From: an uncultured Verrucomicrobiae bacterium
Lineage (GTDB): Bacteria > Verrucomicrobiota > Verrucomicrobiia > Limisphaerales > Palsa-1400
DNA: 64,000 nt
Assembly (NCBI GenBank): GCA_963764165.1
Contig: CAVXRD010000001.1
Span: forward strand, 128,001-192,000
Direction of reading: 5' to 3'
The translations under genes were made by a program, and so were the position numbers. Under the pieces are notes generated by a model that was not told the origin of the DNA, ran no database searches, and saw nothing but the letters and a program-made list of their open reading frames with translations. Positions 55,182-64,000 of this stretch are shown in pieces; positions within the stretch are counted from its first letter, which is position 1; every line of letters begins with the position of its first letter.

Positions 55182-57458
55182 ATGAACGAGCCTGATGCCT
55201 CCAAAACAGACGCGCTTTCCGGCGAAAACCAGCACGAATCATCCAAATATGCAGGCCGGGTGCCCTCACCCGGCGGGCCGGATGCCCTATCTTGCGAAAA
55301 CCAACGCTCGCTAACACCGCCGGCTTCCACTGATCGCGAGCGATTGGGCTATTCTACGAGTGATGCGGGCGGACGCTTGGGCGAGGTTCCCCTACCTTCA
55401 AAAGATCGCGAACGTTTGCCGGATTCTACAAGTGAAGCAAAGCCGGTAAAAATCGTGCTGCGGGTCGAGGCGGTTGAATCGCGGCTGGCCAAGGCCACGC
55501 CACCGCCGGTTGAACCTTCGCCAATTCACACGCCGGATGCCCTGCCCTCCCCGGCCCGGCCGGAAGCGGAGCCGCAGCCAATTCCGGCGCGGATGCTCAA
55601 TGAATTCGTGTATTGCCAGCGCCTTTTCTATTACGAATTCGTCGAGGGGGTGTTCGTCGAAAGCGCGGATACAGTGCGCGGGGCGGCCATTCACCAGCGC
55701 GTCGATTCCGGCAATGGGGCGCTGCCCAAAGCCAAACGCAAGGCGCAAGCCGACAAGGCGAAGGATGGCGAAGAACCCCCGGCCAATGCCGCTGGCTCCG
55801 CGCCACAGGAAGCGGAGGCGCAGAGCGCGGACTTGTCCGCCGCAGCCTTGGCAAAGGCGGAACCTGAAACCATTCATTCGCGCTCGGTGCAAATGGGTTC
55901 AGAACGGCTGGGAGTTGTCGCGAAGATGGACCTCGTTGAGTCCAAAACAGGGAAGGACGATCTTTTCACCGCCTTGGAAGTCTGCCCCGTTGACTACAAA
56001 GCGGGCGCGCCCAAAGAAGGAGAAGAAGCCAATGAATTGTGGGACACCGACAAGATTCAGCTCGGATTGCAGGCGCTCATTCTGCGAGACAACGGCTATG
56101 TTTGCTCCGAGGGCATCATCTATTACCGCGCCACCAAGCAGCGCGTCCGGCTTCCCATCACGGCGGAACTCGAAAATTGGATTCTTCAACAGATTGCCGA
56201 AGCCCGCCGGGTTGCCGTTGGGCCGATTCCGCAGCCGCTCGTCCATTCGCCGAAATGCGCGCGATGTTCGCTCGCCCCGGTCTGCCTCCCGGACGAAACT
56301 CGGATGCTTTCGGAATCGGCGCTCGTCCCGGGTCTCCTGAGCGGTGAGTTTGTCAAAGGGTCGAACGGCGATGCCGCGAATGCAGAATCGCCGCGCCGCC
56401 TGATGGCCGCCCGCGACGACACCCGGCCCCTGTATCTCAACAGCCAGGGATTTCGCGTCGGGTGCAAGGATGAAGTGTTGCAGGTCAAAGAAAAGGACCG
56501 CCTCGTCGAGGAAGTGAGAATGCGCGACCTGTCCCACGTCGCTCTATTTGGAAACATCCAAATTTCTACGCAAGCCATTCAATCGCTGTGCGAGCAGGAA
56601 ATCCCGGTCACCTACTTTTCCATGGGCGGCTGGTTTTATGGCATCACGCGCGGCCACTCGTTGAAGAATGTCTTCCTGCGGATGGAGCAATTCCGCGTGG
56701 CGAAGGATCCGGCGGCGTGCCTCGCCCTGGCCCGGCAATTTGTGCATGGAAAAATCCGCAATCATCGCACGCTGCTCATGCGCAATCATTTGGAACCTCC
56801 CGAGCCTATCATCCTCAAGCTCAAAAGGGCCGCAGAGGACGCGCTGGTTGCCGAGTCCCTTGAGCAGCTTCTCGGCATCGAGGGAGCGGCCGCGAGCCAG
56901 TATTTCCAACAATTCAGCGGCATGGTCAAGGTTGAGGATGATTTGCCTGGATTCGAAACGACGCCCAAGGAAAAGCAGCTCGCGTTTAGTTTTAACTTCA
57001 GCAATCGCAACCGGCGTCCACCCGCCGACCCTGTCAACGCCATGCTTTCGCTGGCCTACAGCATGTTGAGCAAGGATTGCACGCTCGCGGCGCTCGCGGT
57101 TGGATTCGATCCATATATCGGCTTTTACCATCAGCCGCGATTCGGACGTCCCGCCTTGGGATTGGATTTGATGGAGGAAATGCGGCCGCTGGTGGCGGAA
57201 TCCACGGTGTTGAGCTGCATCAACAACCGAGTCATCACCGAGAAGGATTTTGTGCGCGCGGGCCAAGCCGTGAATCTTTCCGCGCCCGGGCGCAAGCGCT
57301 TTTTCCAGATGTATGAGCAGCGCATGAGTTCCCTGATCACGCATCCGCTGTTCGATTACAAGGTGAGCTACCGCCGGGCGCTCGAATTGCAAGCGCGACT
57401 GCTGGCAAAAGTGCTCACTGGAGAAATCAAGGAATACATTCCATTATTGACGAGGTAA
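55182..57458 (+). CDS. cas1: Cas4-Cas1 fusion
   Basis: Cas4: LNEFVYCQR, DYKAG, QLGLQ, CARCSLAPVC. Cas1: GIEGAAA..YF, RNRRPPADPVNAMLS, GFYH, DLMEE.RP. Start uncertain because of a low-complexity N-terminal extension. Confidence 0.93.
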   Translation: MNEPDASKTDALSGENQHESSKYAGRVPSPGGPDALSCENQRSLTPPASTDRERLGYSTSDAGGRLGEVPLPSKDRERLPDSTSEAKPVKIVLRVEAVESRLAKATPPPVEPSPIHTPDALPSPARPEAEPQPIPARMLNEFVYCQRLFYYEFVEGVFVESADTVRGAAIHQRVDSGNGALPKAKRKAQADKAKDGEEPPANAAGSAPQEAEAQSADLSAAALAKAEPETIHSRSVQMGSERLGVVAKMDLVESKTGKDDLFTALEVCPVDYKAGAPKEGEEANELWDTDKIQLGLQALILRDNGYVCSEGIIYYRATKQRVRLPITAELENWILQQIAEARRVAVGPIPQPLVHSPKCARCSLAPVCLPDETRMLSESALVPGLLSGEFVKGSNGDAANAESPRRLMAARDDTRPLYLNSQGFRVGCKDEVLQVKEKDRLVEEVRMRDLSHVALFGNIQISTQAIQSLCEQEIPVTYFSMGGWFYGITRGHSLKNVFLRMEQFRVAKDPAACLALARQFVHGKIRNHRTLLMRNHLEPPEPIILKLKRAAEDALVAESLEQLLGIEGAAASQYFQQFSGMVKVEDDLPGFETTPKEKQLAFSFNFSNRNRRPPADPVNAMLSLAYSMLSKDCTLAALAVGFDPYIGFYHQPRFGRPALGLDLMEEMRPLVAESTVLSCINNRVITEKDFVRAGQAVNLSAPGRKRFFQMYEQRMSSLITHPLFDYKVSYRRALELQARLLAKVLTGEIKEYIPLLTR

Positions 57459-57461
57459 TCC

Positions 57462-57752
57462 ATGCGCACGACCTACCTGGTTTGCTACGATGTCGCCGAT
57501 GCCAAACGACTGCGGCACGCGTTCAAGACATGCCGCAACTTCGGCGACCACTTGCAATTCTCGGTGTTCGAGTGCGATCTCAATCCGTCGGAGAAGATTG
57601 AAATGGAAACGCAACTCGCGCAAATCATCAATCATGATGAAGACCAGGTGCTCTTCATCTCGCTTGGGCCGTCTGAAGGCCGGGGAGACCGCGTGATTAC
57701 GGCGTTAGGCTTGCCCTACACGAAATTGGACGCGCCGTGTTATGTGGTCTGA
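57462..57752 (+). CDS. cas2: Cas2
   Basis: YLVCYDVADAKRL...HLQFSVFEC. Confidence 0.96.
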   Translation: MRTTYLVCYDVADAKRLRHAFKTCRNFGDHLQFSVFECDLNPSEKIEMETQLAQIINHDEDQVLFISLGPSEGRGDRVITALGLPYTKLDAPCYVV

Positions 57753-57956
57753 CGTTCTGGGCTCTTTGACATTTTGACCTCGCGAGCGGCAGGGTGGTGC
57801 GGCAGCCCCCGTTGCCGCTCGCATGCCACAACCATTTGAATACCAAGCTCTACCGATGACACCATCGACCAGCAGAACAGAAAAGGAACGAAAGGGATAC
57901 AGGCAATCGCAAGAATCCTCTTGCGGGCCTGCCCCGGAACGAGTTACGCTTCGGGA
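57753..57956 (+). promoter_or_regulatory. CRISPR leader
   Basis: Non-coding 204 bp between cas2 and repeat 1. Contains a 10-bp inverted repeat GCGAGCGGCA (57782-57791) / TGCCGCTCGC (57813-57822). Confidence 0.8.
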
Positions 57957-60900
57957 CATTCCACGCTCACGCGAGCGTGGCTCCGTTGAAGCCACGCAAG
58001 AAGGACCCAAGCCGTTATCGTTAAAGGCCATTCCACGCTCACGCGAGCGTGGCTCCGTTGAAGCTTATCGCGCAAATTCGCAAGAATCGTCTTGACGCTG
58101 CATTCCACGCTCACGCGAGCGTGGCTCCGTTGAAGCTACCGAATTGATTTGAAACAGGATTCGGCACACGCCCATTCCACGCTCACGCGAGCGTGGCTCC
58201 GTTGAAGCAATCCGCTTGACTTTCCTGTGGCTTTTTTCGACGAACATTCCACGCTCACGCGAGCGTGGCTCCGTTGAAGCGAGTTCGGCGACACGCTCCG
58301 CAAGGTTCCCAACGGTGACATTCCACGCTCACGCGAGCGTGGCTCCGTTGAAGCTCGTAATTCGGCACAAACACCCCCTGCCTTGATCCCATTCCACGCT
58401 CACGCGAGCGTGGCTCCGTTGAAGCCGGACGAAGGGCTATAGCGAGACGGAAATTCTCAACATTCCACGCTCACGCGAGCGTGGCTCCGTTGAAGCCCAA
58501 CTGGCAGTGGGTGAGCCATCATTATTTTTGGGCATTCCACGCTCACGCGAGCGTGGCTCCGTTGAAGCTTCATTGCATCAATTGTTTTGTTGACTCCCCG
58601 GAATCATTCCACGCTCACGCGAGCGTGGCTCCGTTGAAGCACCTCAAGCCATGTGTGCTTGCGCGTGACCGTGCAACATTCCACGCTCACGCGAGCGTGG
58701 CTCCGTTGAAGCTCGGCTGGAAATTTGGAGTAACTGTAAAGCTCCCCGGCATTCCACGCTCACGCGAGCGTGGCTCCGTTGAAGCGGGACTGGCAATGGC
58801 AATGCCCGGGCTGCAAGACACGCATTCCACGCTCACGCGAGCGTGGCTCCGTTGAAGCTGCCAGGTTATTTGAAAAATACCGTTCCTCTGATTGCATTCC
58901 ACGCTCACGCGAGCGTGGCTCCGTTGAAGCGATTTGCTGTTGTTCGAGATAGACCAGGCGCGGGCGCCATTCCACGCTCACGCGAGCGTGGCTCCGTTGA
59001 AGCCATCACCATTTATAGCGGGGGCGCGGGTTACAGCACATTCCACGCTCACGCGAGCGTGGCTCCGTTGAAGCGCATCAAGGATTTGACGATCCGTCGA
59101 ATGGAGGGCGCATTCCACGCTCACGCGAGCGTGGCTCCGTTGAAGCAATTTAATCGCGCAGCGGACAAGCACGACCGACGCGGCCATTCCACGCTCACGC
59201 GAGCGTGGCTCCGTTGAAGCCAGGATTCACAAAATATGAACCCACCTCGCAAATTCCATTCCACGCTCACGCGAGCGTGGCTCCGTTGAAGCCGTTGCTC
59301 CAAGCGGCGGGGCAGGCTCTGGTGGAGGTCCATTCCACGCTCACGCGAGCGTGGCTCCGTTGAAGCCCGCTGGGAGTTGAGTTTCAGCAATACAAGCCGG
59401 AACATTCCACGCTCACGCGAGCGTGGCTCCGTTGAAGCTTCGTCATGGAGTTTTTGCAGCGTTTTTTGCGCGGGCATTCCACGCTCACGCGAGCGTGGCT
59501 CCGTTGAAGCCTACGGCGGAAAGAGCGGCAACAAAAAGAAACGCCGCATTCCACGCTCACGCGAGCGTGGCTCCGTTGAAGCAGGATTCCGGCGCATTGA
59601 TTCATTGGGCCAATCGGCTCATTCCACGCTCACGCGAGCGTGGCTCCGTTGAAGCTCAGCACGAGCGCGCACCGCGCCGATTGCTCCTCCGCATTCCACG
59701 CTCACGCGAGCGTGGCTCCGTTGAAGCCGCAATTTTCGACCGGTCAAAAACCACGCGGCGGTGCATTCCACGCTCACGCGAGCGTGGCTCCGTTGAAGCC
59801 CTCCAAAGTAGGGGAATGGGGATTTGAGAGTGTCACATTCCACGCTCACGCGAGCGTGGCTCCGTTGAAGCAGCCCCAGCGACGATTTTTTTGTACTCGG
59901 TCTGCAACCATTCCACGCTCACGCGAGCGTGGCTCCGTTGAAGCTGCATCCGCAATGACCTATCTGCCGCGCATGGCTTGTCATTCCACGCTCACGCGAG
60001 CGTGGCTCCGTTGAAGCCCAATGTTGCCAGTTCCTGAATTCTGAATTGCGCCCCATTCCACGCTCACGCGAGCGTGGCTCCGTTGAAGCTAGGAAATTGG
60101 CTAACCATTCATCGTGCCCCGGTGAATCATTCCACGCTCACGCGAGCGTGGCTCCGTTGAAGCCGGCGCGTCGAAGGGCGGAATTGACGGATTCGAGAAG
60201 CATTCCACGCTCACGCGAGCGTGGCTCCGTTGAAGCTTGTCTGCGTGGCTTGCTCATACTTACCTATGGGCTTCATTCCACGCTCACGCGAGCGTGGCTC
60301 CGTTGAAGCTTGAGTGGTGCAGCCTCGCGGAAAGCGAGGGGGCAATCATTCCACGCTCACGCGAGCGTGGCTCCGTTGAAGCCGCTAGTGGCGGATTTCA
60401 TGGCGATGACATTGAGCGTCCATTCCACGCTCACGCGAGCGTGGCTCCGTTGAAGCACATAATCGGGGAAGGATTTCATTCGGAAAGAAGGTCCATTCCA
60501 CGCTCACGCGAGCGTGGCTCCGTTGAAGCTGATATTGTGTCATTTGAGTAATTACCTTCCAATTTCATTCCACGCTCACGCGAGCGTGGCTCCGTTGAAG
60601 CAACAACAAGCGGAAAAGGGCAAGATTTCGCGCATTACATTCCACGCTCACGCGAGCGTGGCTCCGTTGAAGCGCTTCGAGATCGCGCGCGTTGGCGATG
60701 CCCTTCAATCATTCCACGCTCACGCGAGCGTGGCTCCGTTGAAGCCACGTCGTCTGGCTCCAACAATGCGCCCTCCATTCGACATTCCACGCTCACGCGA
60801 GCGTGGCTCCGTTGAAGCTTCAATAGCTTCAATTGTGGGAACGAGGCTAGATTCCATTCCACGCTCACGCGAGCGTGGCTCCGTTGAAGCGCGAAGAACT

Positions 60901-63900
60901 TAAGAATCTCTTGGCTGGAAAACGCTCCATTCCACGCTCACGCGAGCGTGGCTCCGTTGAAGCCTCCAAGGAAAGCAGTCACTCATTGGTGTTGCCCGTC
61001 ATTCCACGCTCACGCGAGCGTGGCTCCGTTGAAGCCTGTACGTGGGGCAGCGCACGCACGCGAACCCGTACCATTCCACGCTCACGCGAGCGTGGCTCCG
61101 TTGAAGCTGATCGCGTGATTATTGCGTCAACAATCATTTTTTGCATTCCACGCTCACGCGAGCGTGGCTCCGTTGAAGCGAGACTACCAGCTCCGTCCAA
61201 TGCACTGATGGCACCCATTCCACGCTCACGCGAGCGTGGCTCCGTTGAAGCAAAAAGGACGGCGAAATTTGGTATCTCAAAAACTCAGCATTCCACGCTC
61301 ACGCGAGCGTGGCTCCGTTGAAGCGACGCTCGCGTGATTCTCACCAATTGGGGGACGTGCGCATTCCACGCTCACGCGAGCGTGGCTCCGTTGAAGCGTC
61401 ATCGACGTAACAAATACTTTGTTCTGCACGTCCATTCCACGCTCACGCGAGCGTGGCTCCGTTGAAGCATTTCCTCTCGACTCGCCATCGGTTCATGGTT
61501 TGGAACATTCCACGCTCACGCGAGCGTGGCTCCGTTGAAGCTGCTCAGTTGGCGGCCGAATGCGGCATGACGATGACCATTCCACGCTCACGCGAGCGTG
61601 GCTCCGTTGAAGCATTGTACCGTGGTAAACGTCTGGTTTCTGCATCTTACATTCCACGCTCACGCGAGCGTGGCTCCGTTGAAGCTCTAATTTTCTTGGG
61701 AGGAACACAAATTCCCTTCGTCATTCCACGCTCACGCGAGCGTGGCTCCGTTGAAGCATGTTGGATTACGCAAAGATATTCGTGAAGATATTCATTCCAC
61801 GCTCACGCGAGCGTGGCTCCGTTGAAGCCTCCTGCGCTTTAGCCATTGCAATGAACTTGCTGGCCCATTCCACGCTCACGCGAGCGTGGCTCCGTTGAAG
61901 CGTCCGGGTCAATCCGATGCGGGACGATGGCGAGCGCATTCCACGCTCACGCGAGCGTGGCTCCGTTGAAGCAAAAAGTCGAGGGAGAACCTAAGTTTAT
62001 AATGCCCACATTCCACGCTCACGCGAGCGTGGCTCCGTTGAAGCCGAATGAGTCAAGAGACATTTTTTAACCCTTCGTAAACATTCCACGCTCACGCGAG
62101 CGTGGCTCCGTTGAAGCGACAGACAATTTCACGACGACGGGCAGCAATTCGACATTCCACGCTCACGCGAGCGTGGCTCCGTTGAAGCTTGGCCCAGGAG
62201 CGAAAGCGAAAGAATCCCCCCCCCCATTCCACGCTCACGCGAGCGTGGCTCCGTTGAAGCCATTGATGCGCCGGAATTGGTCATGGGTTTCAGCCTCATT
62301 CCACGCTCACGCGAGCGTGGCTCCGTTGAAGCGAGCAGCGCGGGCTTCGACCCGCATCCGGGAATCACTCATTCCACGCTCACGCGAGCGTGGCTCCGTT
62401 GAAGCATATCGTGTTGACAGCGAATCGGTCGCTCACGCCGTGCATTCCACGCTCACGCGAGCGTGGCTCCGTTGAAGCATCGTTTTCTCAGCCTCGGCGA
62501 GCTTCGCGTTGGTGCATTCCACGCTCACGCGAGCGTGGCTCCGTTGAAGCATTTCCGGCGAGATCAAGCGCATAGTTACCAAGCCATCATTCCACGCTCA
62601 CGCGAGCGTGGCTCCGTTGAAGCCTGATTTTCTGTGCCTACTCCCCTCCCGCGCTGCATCATTCCACGCTCACGCGAGCGTGGCTCCGTTGAAGCCCGGA
62701 TTTCTCGGCGTGCTGAAAGGTGATGCTGAAACATTCCACGCTCACGCGAGCGTGGCTCCGTTGAAGCCGTAAGAATGGAAAGAGTCAAGAAGTGAATCAA
62801 CGCCCATTCCACGCTCACGCGAGCGTGGCTCCGTTGAAGCGCGCGGCGCAGCCCCTCTCCAAGGGATGTTCCATCCACATTCCACGCTCACGCGAGCGTG
62901 GCTCCGTTGAAGCCATCACCATTTATAGCGGGGGCGCGGGTTACAGCACATTCCACGCTCACGCGAGCGTGGCTCCGTTGAAGCATTGCGATGACGTTGA
63001 GTGTCTGCAAATTCTCCGCTCATTCCACGCTCACGCGAGCGTGGCTCCGTTGAAGCGTCCCGCACGAAGTAGTGATGGGCGGCGCGCGCGCTCATTCCAC
63101 GCTCACGCGAGCGTGGCTCCGTTGAAGCTTCATGGCCGCTCCTTGAAGTCCCTTTTCGCCCGCCCATTCCACGCTCACGCGAGCGTGGCTCCGTTGAAGC
63201 CGCGCTGGCAGGATTGCTAACGGGAGAAACAAGCGCCATTCCACGCTCACGCGAGCGTGGCTCCGTTGAAGCGATGTATTGATGGATTTTGAAGGCCAGA
63301 TGAGTCTGGCATTCCACGCTCACGCGAGCGTGGCTCCGTTGAAGCGCAGGCCCTGTCACAACAAATCCTCCGACATGGGACCATTCCACGCTCACGCGAG
63401 CGTGGCTCCGTTGAAGCGCATGTTTGTTGAGCGTGGCTGGATATTCCATTCCGACATTCCACGCTCACGCGAGCGTGGCTCCGTTGAAGCTCTTTTGTTT
63501 TTCTCCGGCTTCATGCCTTTGATGGACATTCCACGCTCACGCGAGCGTGGCTCCGTTGAAGCCTCGTTGCATTGCTCTTCACCGTTCTCATATCGCTCAT
63601 TCCACGCTCACGCGAGCGTGGCTCCGTTGAAGCCCCATTGCGAGGTTGTGCTGTTGTAAATCAGGTGTAACATTCCACGCTCACGCGAGCGTGGCTCCGT
63701 TGAAGCGTTTAACATTATTTGAAGGGTCAAAATACCCCTATAATCATTCCACGCTCACGCGAGCGTGGCTCCGTTGAAGCCACGCATCTGGCGACGTGGC
63801 GTGAAAGCTCAAGTGGCATTCCACGCTCACGCGAGCGTGGCTCCGTTGAAGCTGCCGAATTACGAGAATAATCCATTCCTATCGGCGGCACATTCCACGC

Positions 63901-64000
63901 TCACGCGAGCGTGGCTCCGTTGAAGCCATGTGAACACCTAGCGCATGGATTGTTTCCAGGGCCATTCCACGCTCACGCGAGCGTGGCTCCGTTGAAGCAA
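57957..64000 (+). CRISPR. Type I-G CRISPR array, 84 repeats and 83 full spacers by hand count, continues past the window
   Basis: 36-bp repeat CATTCCACGCTCACGCGAGCGTGGCTCCGTTGAAGC with an 8-bp stem and 3' GTTGAAGC handle, no variants noticed. Spacers are about 35-38 bp. Confidence 0.99.

Noticed and set aside
57957..64000. Many ORFs with repeated FHAHASVAPLK / IPRSRERGSVEA peptides
   Set aside because: These are translations of the CRISPR repeat, not genes.
1..64000. tRNA or rRNA genes, intact IS or prophage, and full self-targeting spacers
   Set aside because: None recognised by eye. tRNAscan-SE and a spacer-versus-genome BLAST are needed to exclude them.

Overview
Bacterial chromosomal window, about 55-60% GC by eye. 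The secreted-protein architectures suggest Verrucomicrobiota (inference). 1-25 kb is mostly housekeeping and accessory metabolism: a partial HIT gene; a DUF1190-like lipoprotein; a glutathionylspermidine-synthase-family gene joined out of frame to a DUF4178 gene (apparent deletion); putA; an Lhr-type helicase with pdeM; a small island bounded by a duplicated ahcY 3' region; metK-ahcY with a divergent ArsR-methyltransferase regulator; GH5 and GH26-SGNH glycanases; and a TipA-like MerR-cupin regulator. 25.5-46 kb is a polymorphic toxin locus: a ~5250-aa signal-peptide RHS protein with a PD-(D/E)XK-type tip, a HINT-AHH orphan module, immunity genes and a rearranged core duplicate. 46.7-64 kb holds a type II toxin-antitoxin pair, a complete type I-G CRISPR-Cas operon (csb1, csb2, cas3, short cas8g, cas4-cas1, cas2) and an array of 84 repeats by hand count that runs off the window. 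The top finding is an inverted one-spacer mini-array at 47256-47360. Its guide matches a site at 47393-47410 at 16 of 18 positions, next to a TTA PAM. That site plus its PAM covers the -10 boxes of both the cas promoter and an opposing promoter facing the mini-array and TA genes, suggesting a Cascade-guided circuit that co-represses cas and a toxin-antitoxin module. All alignments and counts were done by eye.
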